Source: Acidobacteriota bacterium
GTDB taxonomy: Bacteria > Acidobacteriota > UBA890 > WLXD01
Reading direction: 5' to 3'
Assembly: GCA_963666055.2 (NCBI GenBank)
Contig: CAXWPH010000015.1
Location: 1,600,001-1,664,000, forward strand
Length of the DNA: 64,000 nucleotides
Both the position numbers and the translations under genes were made by a program. The notes beneath the pieces are model-generated. The model was not told the origin of the DNA. It made no database searches and worked only from the letters and a program-made list of their open reading frames with translations. This document shows positions 48,404-58,661 of this stretch, piece by piece; position 1 is the stretch's first letter; every line of letters starts with the position of its first letter.

Positions 48404-50737
48404 GTGAAGATACTTGACGAACACGCTAGGCCGCGCCGCGATCTCCGCTTCTGCTTGGTGATACTCGCGAGTACGGCGCTGACGCTCTTGGTGATGTCTG
48501 CGCCAGCCTTGGCTGTGCCTCAGGATGGAGGCAGGCAGCAGCGTGACGAGGCAGCGCAGGAGCTTCTCGAGGCTCTCGAAGCTGCCACCGATCCGATCGC
48601 GGTCAAGTCGGCACGTGCGGCAACCCCCGAGGAAGAAGCCGAGATCGGGCAGGGCGGCAAGCGAATGGTGGCCACGGAAGCGCCGGTGGCCCCCCGCATC
48701 GACGGCTGGGTCGACGACGACGTGTGGGCGCTGGCCGAGGTGGTGACCGACTTCTTACAACGCGAGCCCGTAGAGGGCGGAGTTCCCACACAGCGCACCG
48801 AGGTGCGCATCCTGTTCGACGATAAAAACCTCTATATAGGCTTCGTGATGTACGACGACGAGCCCGGCCGCGTCGTCGCCTCCGACCTGCGCCGCGACAG
48901 TCGTCTGGAGACCGACGACAGCATCGCGGTGCTGCTCGACACGTTCCACGATCACCGTAACGGTTTTCTGTTCCGCGTCAATGCGCTCGGCACCAAATAC
49001 GACGCGACGGTACAGGGGGAGCGCAACGTTAACTCCCGCTGGGACGAGAGGTGGGAGGCTGCCGCCAGAATCACGCCGAATGGCTGGGAGGCGGAGATGC
49101 AGATCCCCTTCAAGGCGCTGAGGTTCGACGCCGGTGCGCATATCTGGGGCATCGATTTCAACCGCGAGATCCGTCGTACCAACGAAGAGGTCAACTGGAG
49201 CAACTACCGCCGCGGCTTCAACTTTCGTGACATCTCGCAGGGTGGTCACCTGCTCGGTCTGCGAAGCCTCGCGCTCACCGGTCGCTACCGGCTCAAGCCC
49301 TACGTGGCCGGTGCCTACACGGCGCTCAACGCGACCGATTCGCCGCTGACCGACGGTAGCGGCGACTTCGGCATCGAGGACTTCAAGGTCCAGATTACCC
49401 CCAACCTGACGGCAGACCTCACGGTCAATACCGATTTTGCCCAGGTTGAGGACGACGAGGAGCGTGTCAACCTGACGCGCTTCCCACTGTTCTTTCCCGA
49501 GCGCCGGGAGTTCTTCCTGGAAGGGTCCGACAAGTTCGATTTCGGTGGCGGCGGAGGGCGCGGCCGCGGCGGACCCAGCTCGCTGCTCTATCACTCGCGC
49601 AACATCGGATTGTTCGATGGAAGCCCGGTCACCATGCGGTACGGCGCCAAGCTGACCGGCAAGATAGGGAACACAAGCATTGGCTTTATCAACGCCCAGA
49701 CGGGCGACAGCGCCGAGCTCGACTACGTCGGGCGCAACCACACGACGCTGCGTTTGAAGCAGGACATCCTCGAGCGCTCCTCGATCGGCCTGATCTTGAC
49801 CAACGTCCAAGACGATGGGGCGCACAATCGCGTTGCTGGATTCGACGCCAGCTTCCGCTTCTTCGATCACATGAGCGTGCGCGGCAATATCGCCCAGGCG
49901 CGAGACTCCGAGGTCGGGCGCCCGCAATATGTCGGTGCCTTCGACGCCGGCTGGGACAGCGACCTGTGGAGCGCCCAAGCGAGCTACAGCTACGCCGATC
50001 CCGACTTCGTCACCGACATGGGCTTCATCCGGCGGCGCGACATGATACGGCAGAATTATCGTCTCGGCTGGAAGCCTCGACCCAGCTGGTCGTGGATGCG
50101 GCAGATGATGTTCTTTGGCGTGGTCGAGTACATCACCGATACCGCCGGTAACCCCGAGACCCGGGAGCACACGTTGTGGACACGCTATCAGCTGGAGTCG
50201 GGTGACTCGGCCAGCATCATGGTGCAGCGTTCCTTCGAACGAATTCGGGAGCCGTTCGAGGTATCAGATCAGGCGGAGATCAGCGTCGGCGACTACACCA
50301 ACAACGAGTGGAGAGCGTCGTTCGAGTCGTATCGGGCGCGGCGGCTCAGCGGCCGCGTCAACGTCAGCGGCGGCGGGTTCTTCGACGGCACCAGGCGTTC
50401 GTACGGCGGCAGCATGACGATGCGCTTCAACGAGAAGCTGTCGCTGTCGCCGCGCTACGACCTCAACCGCATCGAGCTACCGACTGACGCCTTCGACACC
50501 CACCTGGCGAGCATGCGAGCGTCGTACAACTTCAGCGATCGGTGGCTGACCAGCGCGCTGGTGCAGTACAACAGCATCGCCGACCGACTGTCGATCTTCG
50601 CGCGGCTGAACTTCATCCACCGGACCGGCGACGACCTGTTTCTGGTCTACAAGTCGACGGTGCGCTACGATCCGGAGTTCTACGGCCAGATGGACCAGGC
50701 CGTGATCGCCAAGATGACGCGGTCGTTCGACTTCTAG
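48404..50737 (+). CDS. CBM9-like + DUF5916 outer-membrane protein
   Basis: PRIDG..DD.W, LDTFHD.RNG, WEAEMQIPFKALRF, TVNTDFAQVE, LFFPERREFFLEG; beta-strand C-terminus ending in F. Confidence 0.82.
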   Translation: MKILDEHARPRRDLRFCLVILASTALTLLVMSAPALAVPQDGGRQQRDEAAQELLEALEAATDPIAVKSARAATPEEEAEIGQGGKRMVATEAPVAPRIDGWVDDDVWALAEVVTDFLQREPVEGGVPTQRTEVRILFDDKNLYIGFVMYDDEPGRVVASDLRRDSRLETDDSIAVLLDTFHDHRNGFLFRVNALGTKYDATVQGERNVNSRWDERWEAAARITPNGWEAEMQIPFKALRFDAGAHIWGIDFNREIRRTNEEVNWSNYRRGFNFRDISQGGHLLGLRSLALTGRYRLKPYVAGAYTALNATDSPLTDGSGDFGIEDFKVQITPNLTADLTVNTDFAQVEDDEERVNLTRFPLFFPERREFFLEGSDKFDFGGGGGRGRGGPSSLLYHSRNIGLFDGSPVTMRYGAKLTGKIGNTSIGFINAQTGDSAELDYVGRNHTTLRLKQDILERSSIGLILTNVQDDGAHNRVAGFDASFRFFDHMSVRGNIAQARDSEVGRPQYVGAFDAGWDSDLWSAQASYSYADPDFVTDMGFIRRRDMIRQNYRLGWKPRPSWSWMRQMMFFGVVEYITDTAGNPETREHTLWTRYQLESGDSASIMVQRSFERIREPFEVSDQAEISVGDYTNNEWRASFESYRARRLSGRVNVSGGGFFDGTRRSYGGSMTMRFNEKLSLSPRYDLNRIELPTDAFDTHLASMRASYNFSDRWLTSALVQYNSIADRLSIFARLNFIHRTGDDLFLVYKSTVRYDPEFYGQMDQAVIAKMTRSFDF

Positions 50738-50780
50738 GACACTAACCGCTACCCGACCCCCCACTCGCGAGCCTGCTCAC

Positions 50781-52409
50781 TTGTCTCGAAACCCGCTCGC
50801 TCTGCGCGTCCTCCTTGCTTGTGTCCTGCCCTTGGCGGTGGTGCGCTGTGCCTCGAGGCCGGCGCCCGTATTGACGCCGGTGCCGCTCGGCGACGGCCCC
50901 TCGCTGGTGGTGGTAATCGCCATCGACCAGGCGCGCTACGACTATCTGGTGCGCTTCCGGTCGTTCTTCACGGGCGGGCTCGCGCACTTGCTCGACAACG
51001 GTGCGGTGTTCACCAACGCACATCAGAACCATTCGATGACGGCGACGGCGCCAGGGCATGCGACGATCGCTACAGGACTCGAGCCGGCGCACTCGGGCAT
51101 CGTCGGCAACAACTGGTACGACCGACAACGGAACGTAGAAGTTTACTCGGGCGGGCCGGCGGCACAGCGGTCGCCTTTGCTGCTGCAGGGGACGGCGATC
51201 GGCGACTGGATGAAAGCGGCTGATCCGCGCTCGAAGGTATTCACTGCCAGCCTCAAGGACCGCTCGGCGATCATGCTGGGTGGTCAGGGCGCCGACGGGG
51301 TCTTCTGGTACGACGGTCGCTATGGCTCTTGGACGAGCAGCAGCTACTACGGGGGGGCGCTTCCTGATTGGCTCGTCGACTTCAACCGAGAGCGACGGCT
51401 CGACCGCTTCTACGGTACCGCCTGGGAGCCGCTGACCGACGAGCCCCGCTGGGCCGAGGTAGATGTCGAGCATCTCGACACCGGGGCTTTTGCGCGCCGC
51501 TTCCCGCACGTGCTCGGTTGGTCGAACCCCGAGCCGAGCTCAGTGTTCTACGAGCGGATTCCGAACAGTCCGTGGGGCGACTGGTACCTGGCTGAGATGG
51601 CCGAAGCCTTGATCGTCAACGAGGATCTCGGGGCCGATGGCAGCGTCGACCTCCTTGGTCTGGCGTTCTCCTCGCTCGACTACGTTGGGCACACGTATGG
51701 GCCCAACGCCCCGGAGGTTCTCGACGTGCTGGTGCGACTGGATCAGCGCCTCGGCGAGCTGCTGGAGTTCATTGACGAGCGTATTGGCCTCGACCACGTG
51801 TTGTTGGCGTTGAGCGCCGATCACGGTGTTCAGGTAATGCCCGAGTACCTGGCGTCTCGTGGGTTGGAGGGCCAGCGGCTGAACGGTGAGGATCTGCTCT
51901 GCGTCCAGCAGGCGGGCGAGCGGCTCCGCGAGAAACTCGGCGACCAGGAATGGATCGAGTGGACCTACTACCTCGACGAATCGGTGATCGCGCGGCAGCA
52001 GCTCGACAAGGCGGATGTGGAGGCGGAGCTCGCCGCAATTCTCAGCGCCTGTGCCGCGGTCGAGCGCGTTTGGACCTCGGCCGAGTTGATGGACGATCGC
52101 CCTACCGCCGATCTGCAGACGCAGCGATACCGAAACAACTACTTCGCGGGTCGGAGTCCTGACCTGGTCGTCCAGTACCACGACTACTTTCTGGACGATC
52201 AATCGATGGGCACCACTCACGGAACGGTGTTCGATTATGACTCCCACGTACCGATGATCGTGGCCGGGCCGGGCGTTGTCGCTGGCGAGCACGACGAGCG
52301 CGCCGCGACAGCAGATCTCGCCCCGACACTGGCGGCCCTGCTCGGCATCGAGCCCCCTGCCGGCCTGGACGGCCGCGACCTCAGCGCCCAGCTGCGCACG
52401 GGGCACTAG
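50781..52409 (+). CDS. Alkaline phosphatase family protein (PafA / type I phosphodiesterase-like)
   Basis: IAIDQAR, TAPGHATIATG (Thr nucleophile), SLKDR, DYVGHTYGP, SADHG, THG..YDSHVP. Confidence 0.9.
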   Translation: MSRNPLALRVLLACVLPLAVVRCASRPAPVLTPVPLGDGPSLVVVIAIDQARYDYLVRFRSFFTGGLAHLLDNGAVFTNAHQNHSMTATAPGHATIATGLEPAHSGIVGNNWYDRQRNVEVYSGGPAAQRSPLLLQGTAIGDWMKAADPRSKVFTASLKDRSAIMLGGQGADGVFWYDGRYGSWTSSSYYGGALPDWLVDFNRERRLDRFYGTAWEPLTDEPRWAEVDVEHLDTGAFARRFPHVLGWSNPEPSSVFYERIPNSPWGDWYLAEMAEALIVNEDLGADGSVDLLGLAFSSLDYVGHTYGPNAPEVLDVLVRLDQRLGELLEFIDERIGLDHVLLALSADHGVQVMPEYLASRGLEGQRLNGEDLLCVQQAGERLREKLGDQEWIEWTYYLDESVIARQQLDKADVEAELAAILSACAAVERVWTSAELMDDRPTADLQTQRYRNNYFAGRSPDLVVQYHDYFLDDQSMGTTHGTVFDYDSHVPMIVAGPGVVAGEHDERAATADLAPTLAALLGIEPPAGLDGRDLSAQLRTGH

Positions 52410-52446
52410 GCCGTAGTGGAAGTGTGGCGAGCCGGCCAGCCGGCTA
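52406..52446. repeat. Remnant left end of the CTAG-bounded element
   Basis: CTAGGCCGTAGTGGAAGTGTGGCG matches the left terminus CTAGCAGGCCGTGGTGGAAGTGTGACG at 58950; lies between two convergent TAG stops. Confidence 0.7.
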
Positions 52447-52722
52447 CTCGTTGCTCCAGGAGGTGCGAGTTGGAAGCGACTGAGTGCAGTTGATGCGCTC
52501 GGTCATGCCGGTCGCCAACGTCGAGCAAGCCATCTCGGCGGCGGTGCGGATCGCTTCCTCGTGCGTCATGCCCGAGGCGACGCGACACTCGGTACGGCCC
52601 TTGAACGTGAAACAGATCTCGCCCGTGACCTGTGCGAGGCCGATGCTCGAATAGACGATCAGCGCCAGCAGGCCGGCGACGAGCACTCCGACCGCGACGA
52701 ACAAGCCCCTGCGACTGCCCAT
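52444..52722 (-). CDS. Small membrane-anchored hypothetical protein with 4 Cys
   Basis: 92 aa, N-terminal TM, ICFTF..EC..AC..INC; fills the gap between flanking genes. Confidence 0.65.
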   Translation of the reverse strand: MGSRRGLFVAVGVLVAGLLALIVYSSIGLAQVTGEICFTFKGRTECRVASGMTHEEAIRTAAEMACSTLATGMTERINCTQSLPTRTSWSNE

Positions 52723-52813
52723 TGCCCGATGATACAGTCAACTCGCTCCCAGCAACGGCTGGTGTCTTCGGTGCGAATGGTAGCCGACGTCTCCGGCGAC
52801 CACGGATGACCCG

Positions 52814-54253
52814 ATGCGCAAGACTCTTACAGTGCTGCTGCTGTTGGCCACCCTCCCCGCCACGATTGCCGCGCGTCTGCTGCCGGCGGAAGACGATACC
52901 TGGGGGAGGTTTCGTGGCCCGAACGGCTCGGGCGTAGTAGAGACCAGTGCACTGCCGACGAGGTTCGGCCCCGACACCAACGTCATCTGGAAGACCGAGC
53001 TGGCGCCGGGCCACTCGTCGCCGATTCTCTCGGCGCGTCGGATCTTCTTGACCGCGACTGACGGCGATCGCTTGCTGACCATGGCGCTCGATCGCGAGAG
53101 CGGTGAGGTTTTGTGGCAGCGCGAGGCCCCTCGGCCAAGAGCCGACTTCTTCGACAATCGTAACAACGCGGCCTCGCCGAGCCCCGCGGTGAGCGATGGG
53201 GCCATCTTCGTGTTCTTTCCCGACTTCGGCATGCTGTCGTACACATTCGAGGGCGAGGAGCGCTGGAGCGTGCCGCTCGGGCCGTTCAACAACATCTATG
53301 GAATGGGCGCATCGCCGGTTGTCGTCGACGACAAGGTGATCCTCGTGTGCGACCAGAACGTCGGATCGTTCATGCTCGCGGTGCACAAGGATACCGGCGA
53401 GATCCTCTGGAAGGTCGAGCGGCCCGAGGCCAAGAGCGGGCACTCCACGCCGGTGCTGTGGGAGTCGCCGGAGGGCAAAACGCAACTGATCTTGCCAGGC
53501 TCCTTCTTGCTCGACTCCTACGATCCGGACACCGGCGAGAAGATCTGGTGGGTGCGTGGCCTCTCGTTCGAGATAAAGTCGACGCCGGTGATCCTGGACG
53601 ACGTCGCGTACATCAACGGGTACGGAGCGCCGATCAACCAGCCCGGGAATCAGGTCTTCCTGCCTTCTTTCGCCGAGGTCGTATCGCAGCGCGACGCCGA
53701 TGGCGACGGCGTCATCAAGGCCGATGAGATGCCTCGGAACCGCGCTCGAACTTGGTTCTATCTCGCCGATCTGGACGTCAACGATACGCTCGATGCGGAC
53801 GAATGGGCCTACCTGCGGGCAGCGCTGGAGAGCCGCAACGGCATGTTGGCGATTCGTCTGGGTGGCAGTGGTGATATGACCGACGAGAACTTGATCTGGG
53901 AGTACAACCGCTCCGTCCCGCAGTTGCCATCGCCCCTCATCTACAACAACGTCCTGTACATGGTGAACGACGGCGGCATCGTCACGTCGTTCGATCCGCA
54001 GACCGGCGAAGTGATCGCACAAGGACGTCTCAAGGGCGCGGTAGACCAGTACTACGCGTCGCCGATCGCCGCCGACGGCAAGGTCTTCATGCTGTCGGAG
54101 CTCGGCATGCTCTCGGTGCTCGAGCCGGACGGCGGCCTCGAGCCGATCACCGTGTCGGATCTCGACGACCTCTGCTACGCCACCCCAGCGATCGCCGACG
54201 GTCGAATCTACGTGCGCACCCGCGGCACGCTCTACGCGTTCGGGTTGAGCTGA
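52814..54253 (+). CDS. PQQ-binding-like beta-propeller protein with EF-hand insert
   Basis: WGRFRGPNGSG, NVIWK, GHSSP, GASPV, YASPI, YATPAI; EF-hand loops DADGDGVIKADE and DLDVNDTLDADE. Confidence 0.85.
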   Translation: MRKTLTVLLLLATLPATIAARLLPAEDDTWGRFRGPNGSGVVETSALPTRFGPDTNVIWKTELAPGHSSPILSARRIFLTATDGDRLLTMALDRESGEVLWQREAPRPRADFFDNRNNAASPSPAVSDGAIFVFFPDFGMLSYTFEGEERWSVPLGPFNNIYGMGASPVVVDDKVILVCDQNVGSFMLAVHKDTGEILWKVERPEAKSGHSTPVLWESPEGKTQLILPGSFLLDSYDPDTGEKIWWVRGLSFEIKSTPVILDDVAYINGYGAPINQPGNQVFLPSFAEVVSQRDADGDGVIKADEMPRNRARTWFYLADLDVNDTLDADEWAYLRAALESRNGMLAIRLGGSGDMTDENLIWEYNRSVPQLPSPLIYNNVLYMVNDGGIVTSFDPQTGEVIAQGRLKGAVDQYYASPIAADGKVFMLSELGMLSVLEPDGGLEPITVSDLDDLCYATPAIADGRIYVRTRGTLYAFGLS

Positions 54254-54304
54254 AGTTCCAGCTCGACCGTGTGGCTGTTGTTAGAGTCGGTGGTCTCGTA
54301 GCGG

Positions 54305-54329
54305 ATCGCCAGCGGCCGTCGCTGGCGAT
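54305..54329. terminator. Hairpin between convergent genes, possible terminator
   Basis: ATCGCCAGCG-GCCGT-CGCTGGCGAT perfect 10-bp stem; no U-tract. Confidence 0.4.
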
Positions 54330-54378
54330 GAAGCGCTCTCGCGATCCGGCCTGCTAGGCAGCTTGACGGACCGGCTTC

Positions 54379-54705
54379 TTAATCGGCCCGCAAGGCTACT
54401 ACCGGGTCGACCGCTGAGGCACGAATCGCCGGGAGCCAGCTCGCCACCAGGGCGACCAACCCGAGCATCGCCGCCACGCCCGCGTAGGTAGCCGGGTCGG
54501 TGGTGTCGACCTCGTACAGCAGTGAGGTCAACACGCTGCTGGCCGCGATGGCCGCCACCAGGCCGACGGCAATCCCCACGATGGCAAGAACGAGACCCCG
54601 ACGGACGACCATGGCCTGGACGCTTCGGCGCGAGGCTCCCAGCGCAATGCGCACGCCGATCTCCTGCGTGCGCTCGCTGACGACGTACGAGATCACGCCG
54701 TAGAT
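54379..54705 (-). pseudogene. C-terminal fragment of an FtsX/ADOP-type ABC permease
   Basis: IYGVISYVVSERTQEIGVRIALGA...SWLPAIRASAVDPVVALRAD; everything upstream of IYG is replaced by unrelated AT-richer DNA. Confidence 0.85.
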
Positions 54706-54734
54706 GGTGGGTGCTCCTGAATGTTCTGCAATAC

Positions 54735-54778
54735 GGCTATATAGGATCCTAGGTTTCAATCTAGGATCCTATATAGCC
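54735..54778. repeat. Perfect 18-bp inverted repeat with 8-bp spacer
   Basis: GGCTATATAGGATCCTAG-GTTTCAAT-CTAGGATCCTATATAGCC. Confidence 0.95.
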
Positions 54779-54867
54779 ATTTCATAGCAGCCCGCTAGCC
54801 GAGGTGGCGCGGCTCCGGCTCGTCGGAGCGGAACCCCGCGGATGAAATCGCGCCTGCCTCGAGCTCC

Positions 54868-55911
54868 CTACGCCACCTCTCGGAGTATCGCCCCGGAGGC
54901 GAACCCGGCGCCGAAGGCGACGTCGATCTCGATCCCAAGCCGCGATGCGCCGTTAGCTCGCGCGTTGGGATCGAGGTACCCAAGCGGGATCGACGCAGTC
55001 GACGTGTTGCCGAAATGCACGATCCCGTTCGTGTACACCCGCTCGAGCGGCATCCCGAGCTTGCTGGCAACGCTTTCGATAATGCGTAGGTTTGCCTGGT
55101 GCGGATAGACGAAGCTGACGTCGTCGAGGCTGACCGGGTCGGGATTGTCACGATTGTACTTCTCGACCACGGTGTGGATGTCGTTGACCATGGTGCGCAC
55201 CGCCACGCCGTACACCTTGCGGCCGCTCATGTGCAGATAGGGACGGACACCGGTCTGCTTGTTGGAGAACGGCTCGGGCGAATCCGCGGTCCACTGCGTT
55301 TCAAGTACCGGGTCGGAGTACAGGTAGTCGCCGTAGCGTCCGTCGGCGTGGGTGTGAATCGCCAGGATTCCGCCGCGATCCACCTGGCGCAGAACCACGG
55401 CGCCGGCCCCGTCGCCCAGCAAGACGCAGGTTCCGCGGTCCGTCCAGTCGGTAATGTGCGACAGGCCGTCCACACCGATCACCAACGAGATCAACTCATC
55501 GCCGTCGCGCACCTTCGAAACCCAGATCTTGTTGTACGCTTCCTCGACCGCATATATGAAGCCGGCACAGCCGGCAGATACGTCGGCGGCCGATGCGTTG
55601 AAGGCGCCGATTGCCGCCTGCACCTGGGTGGCCAGACTCGGGAAGCGCGCCCAGGTGTTTACCCCGACGCGGATGTCGCCAACCTGCTCTGGCGTGACCC
55701 CGGCGTCGTCAAGCGCCTGCCGGGCGGCGGCCACCGCCATGTCGAGGATGGTCTCGTCCGCTGCCAGGATGCGGCGCTCACGAATGCCCGTGCGCCGCTG
55801 GATCCACTCGTCGGTGGTGTCGATGATTCGTTCGAGGTCGTTGTTGGTAAGGACTGTGGAAGGCACGTAGGCACCGAAGCCCACGTAGCCGATGGAAAGA
55901 TCCGGCTTCAT
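54868..55911 (-). CDS. fabH: 3-oxoacyl-ACP synthase III
   Basis: DTTDEWIQRRTGIRERR, SAGCAGF, GDGAGAVV, PHQANLRII, GNTSTASIP (Cys-His-Asn triad). Confidence 0.92.
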   Translation of the reverse strand: MKPDLSIGYVGFGAYVPSTVLTNNDLERIIDTTDEWIQRRTGIRERRILAADETILDMAVAAARQALDDAGVTPEQVGDIRVGVNTWARFPSLATQVQAAIGAFNASAADVSAGCAGFIYAVEEAYNKIWVSKVRDGDELISLVIGVDGLSHITDWTDRGTCVLLGDGAGAVVLRQVDRGGILAIHTHADGRYGDYLYSDPVLETQWTADSPEPFSNKQTGVRPYLHMSGRKVYGVAVRTMVNDIHTVVEKYNRDNPDPVSLDDVSFVYPHQANLRIIESVASKLGMPLERVYTNGIVHFGNTSTASIPLGYLDPNARANGASRLGIEIDVAFGAGFASGAILREVA

Positions 55912-56051
55912 GTCGGGCCTGTACCGGGGCGCACGAGTCGCCCTCGGTTGGTTTACCGCGCGGAATGAGAGCATGGCGCGGATGATGGAGGGGTCGGAAA
56001 GTAAGAAGTATGTACTGGAGGTTCCTACCCTTTGCGCCTGGCTGTCAATAG

Positions 56052-57101
56052 CTAGCGCACACCGGTCTCAAACTCGACGGCGAGCTTCACGTCTTCCTCC
56101 GACCCCATGTAAAGGGGTACCCGCTCGTGCAGCTCGGTAGATTGCACATCGAGGATGCGCTCGGTCCCGGTTGAAGCCATACCGCCGGCCCGCTCGATGA
56201 TCATTCCCATGGGGTTGGCCTCGTACATCAGACGCAGCTTGCCGCCCGGAGCGTTGTGCGTAGCCGGGTACATGAAGAGTCCGCCATAGAGCAGCGTACG
56301 GTGCACGTCGGCGACCATCGAGCCGATGTAGCGTCCCGAGTACGGTCGCCCCGTCGACGCGTCGTCCTCCTGGAGATAGTCCAAGAATCGACGAGTGCTT
56401 TCGAAGAAGATGTTCCGATAGCCCTCGTTGGTGCTGTAGATGCTGCCCTTCTTGGGGATCTCGATATTCGGATGCGAGAGCAGAAACTCGCCGATGCTCG
56501 GGTCCAGCGTAAAGCCGCTGACGCCGTCGCCGGTGGTGTAGACCAACATGGTGCTCGAACCGTAGAGGATGTACCCGGCTGCCACCTGCTCGGATCCCTT
56601 GCGCAGTAGATCCACCAGGCTGCCATGTCCCGGCTCGGTAAGCCGACGGTAGATCGACCAGATCGAGCCGATCGATACGTTGGCGTCGATGTTCGATGAC
56701 CCGTCCAACGGATCGAACAGCAGCACGTAATCACCGGTGGCGAATTTGTCTGGAATGGCGATCGGCTCGTCGGCTTCCTCCGAGCCCATCAAACACAGCA
56801 TGCCACCGTGATCGAAGTTCTTGATAAAGCACTCGTTGGCGAACTCATCGAGCTTCTGCACCCTCTCGCCTTGGACGTTCGTTGTCCCGGTCTCGCCGAC
56901 GATGTCTACCAGGCCCGCCTTGTTGACCTCGCGGGCGATGAGCTTGCCGGTGAGCGCGATGTCGTAGAGCAGTCGCGTCAAGGTGCCGGTGGCGTCGGGA
57001 TGCTGTGTCTGGCGATCGAGAACGTGGCGCTCGATCGTGACGATTTGGTTGGGCCGCGTGACGATCGGCGTCTTCACTGCTGCGGCCGGGCGGCTGGGCA
57101 T
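56052..57101 (-). CDS. fbp: Fructose-1,6-bisphosphatase class 1
   Basis: [48 protein letters not shown]. Confidence 0.96.
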   Translation of the reverse strand: MPSRPAAAVKTPIVTRPNQIVTIERHVLDRQTQHPDATGTLTRLLYDIALTGKLIAREVNKAGLVDIVGETGTTNVQGERVQKLDEFANECFIKNFDHGGMLCLMGSEEADEPIAIPDKFATGDYVLLFDPLDGSSNIDANVSIGSIWSIYRRLTEPGHGSLVDLLRKGSEQVAAGYILYGSSTMLVYTTGDGVSGFTLDPSIGEFLLSHPNIEIPKKGSIYSTNEGYRNIFFESTRRFLDYLQEDDASTGRPYSGRYIGSMVADVHRTLLYGGLFMYPATHNAPGGKLRLMYEANPMGMIIERAGGMASTGTERILDVQSTELHERVPLYMGSEEDVKLAVEFETGVR

Positions 57102-57256
57102 GAGGTTCCTCCGAGCGTCTGCTGACGCGGGACACTCTACGCTGCGGATACGTGGTCAGCCTAATTCTCGCCTGCCGACGGCTGAAATCAAGCGCGGCGG
57201 CCCGTCTCATCTCTTGCAGGACAGTTGGGCATGCCCCTGCAGGAGCCCTGATACCG

Positions 57257-57622
57257 ATGGTGAGCTCGTTCGTCGTTGCCCGTCGCCGCATCGCGCAGTG
57301 CCGTATTTGTCTGGAGCGAGATGCCAGCTTGGGGATCATCCCGGCAGCGGCGCAAGCGGACGTCGACCGGTGCTACCTGGCGGTGGCGACCATCCTCGAC
57401 GATGCACGAGGCGAGATCGAGGCGGCAGGACCCCGCTTGGATCGGGATGGGATGTTCCGCGAGGAATTCATCGGTGGATGCCTGGTATTGGCCCAGTGCA
57501 TGTTCCGCGCCATGTACAGAGAGGCCTGCCCGCTGGCGTTGCGCCGGGTTGCAGGCTGCCTGTGCGCCCAGGCGCGCGGTCTGAAGGGGTACCTCTGGGC
57601 GCGCCTGGAGCGTGTCGCGTAA
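57257..57622 (+). CDS. Cys-rich hypothetical protein
   Basis: 121-aa ORF with host-like codon usage and CAGGAG upstream; no recognised family. Confidence 0.45.
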   Translation: MVSSFVVARRRIAQCRICLERDASLGIIPAAAQADVDRCYLAVATILDDARGEIEAAGPRLDRDGMFREEFIGGCLVLAQCMFRAMYREACPLALRRVAGCLCAQARGLKGYLWARLERVA

Positions 57623-58604
57623 GGCCGAGCGACCTCATCTCGGGAGGCAATCGATCGGTCGAACCGGCATACTGGGCGCCATGTTCGCAGCCGCAGATAT
57701 CCGCACCCCCAGGGCGCATCGCCGATCGCGTACTGGCGGCCTGGTGCTGGTGATCGGTGCCTGTGCCCTGGGCTGCACGAGCGCGCCAGACAGCGGCGAT
57801 GGGCCGCCGCCCGGCAGCGTAGATTTGCCGGTGGCCGCCGTCAGCGCCCCGCCGGCGGTGCTCGTCGAATCCGATCCCGCGGCGAGCCACCAGACCGGCC
57901 GCGCACCTCGCATCCAGACCTACGAGGTGGTGCGCAGCTATCCACACGATCCGGAAGCGTTTACTCAGGGGCTCGTATTTCACCGTGGCCATCTCTATGA
58001 GGGCACCGGGCGCCGCGGCGAATCGTCGCTTCGAAAGGTCGAGCTGGAGACCGGTCGGGTGCTCGAATCCGCCGACTTACCACCGATGTTCTTCGGTGAA
58101 GGGATCGCTATCCTCGGCCAGCGCGTCTATCAGCTCACCTGGCAGTCCGGCACAGGTTTCGTCTACGACCTCGAGAGCTTCACTGTCGTGGCGCAGTTTC
58201 GGCAGTTCACCGAGGGGTGGGGGCTGACCCACGACGGCAAACAGCTCATCCTGAGTGACGGGAGCTCGCGGATCTACTTCCTCGATCCCGGATCGGTCGC
58301 TCCAGTGCGGCAGATCGAGGTGCGCGATCAGGGGCGCCCAGTAGACTTGATCAACGAGCTCGAGTACATAGACGGCGAGATTTACGCCAACGTCTGGCAT
58401 AGCAACGACATCCTGCGGATCTCTCCTCGCACCGGCGAGGTGCTCGCACGGATCGACATGTCGGGCATTATTGACGCAGAGCTAATTGGCGATCCCGAGG
58501 CGGTGCTCAACGGCATCGCCTACGATGCGGCGAGCCGACGGACGTTCGTCACCGGCAAGCTCTGGCCGCGACTCTTCGAGGTGCGGTTCATCAGCCAGCG
58601 CTGA
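57612..58604 (+). CDS. Glutaminyl-peptide cyclotransferase, lipoprotein
   Basis: PHDPEAFTQGL, FGEGI, EGWGLT, SDGS, INELEYIDG.IYANVW, VLNGIAYD, TGKLWP; lipobox ALGC; start uncertain. Confidence 0.92.
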   Translation: MSRKAERPHLGRQSIGRTGILGAMFAAADIRTPRAHRRSRTGGLVLVIGACALGCTSAPDSGDGPPPGSVDLPVAAVSAPPAVLVESDPAASHQTGRAPRIQTYEVVRSYPHDPEAFTQGLVFHRGHLYEGTGRRGESSLRKVELETGRVLESADLPPMFFGEGIAILGQRVYQLTWQSGTGFVYDLESFTVVAQFRQFTEGWGLTHDGKQLILSDGSSRIYFLDPGSVAPVRQIEVRDQGRPVDLINELEYIDGEIYANVWHSNDILRISPRTGEVLARIDMSGIIDAELIGDPEAVLNGIAYDAASRRTFVTGKLWPRLFEVRFISQR

Positions 58605-58661
58605 CCTCCGGGTGACGCCGGCTGAAACCAGTGGTGCTCGCCCGCATCGGGCGTTCGCAGC

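Noticed and set aside
5449-54022. Long antisense or alternate-frame ORFs (e.g. 5449-6564, 38619-40115, 48755-50170, 52406-54022)
   Set aside because: They shadow well-supported genes, have no motifs, and are expected in high-GC DNA with few stop codons.
3552-57101. pckG and fbp as a gluconeogenesis cluster
   Set aside because: More than 50 kb apart with unrelated genes and a possible mis-join between them.
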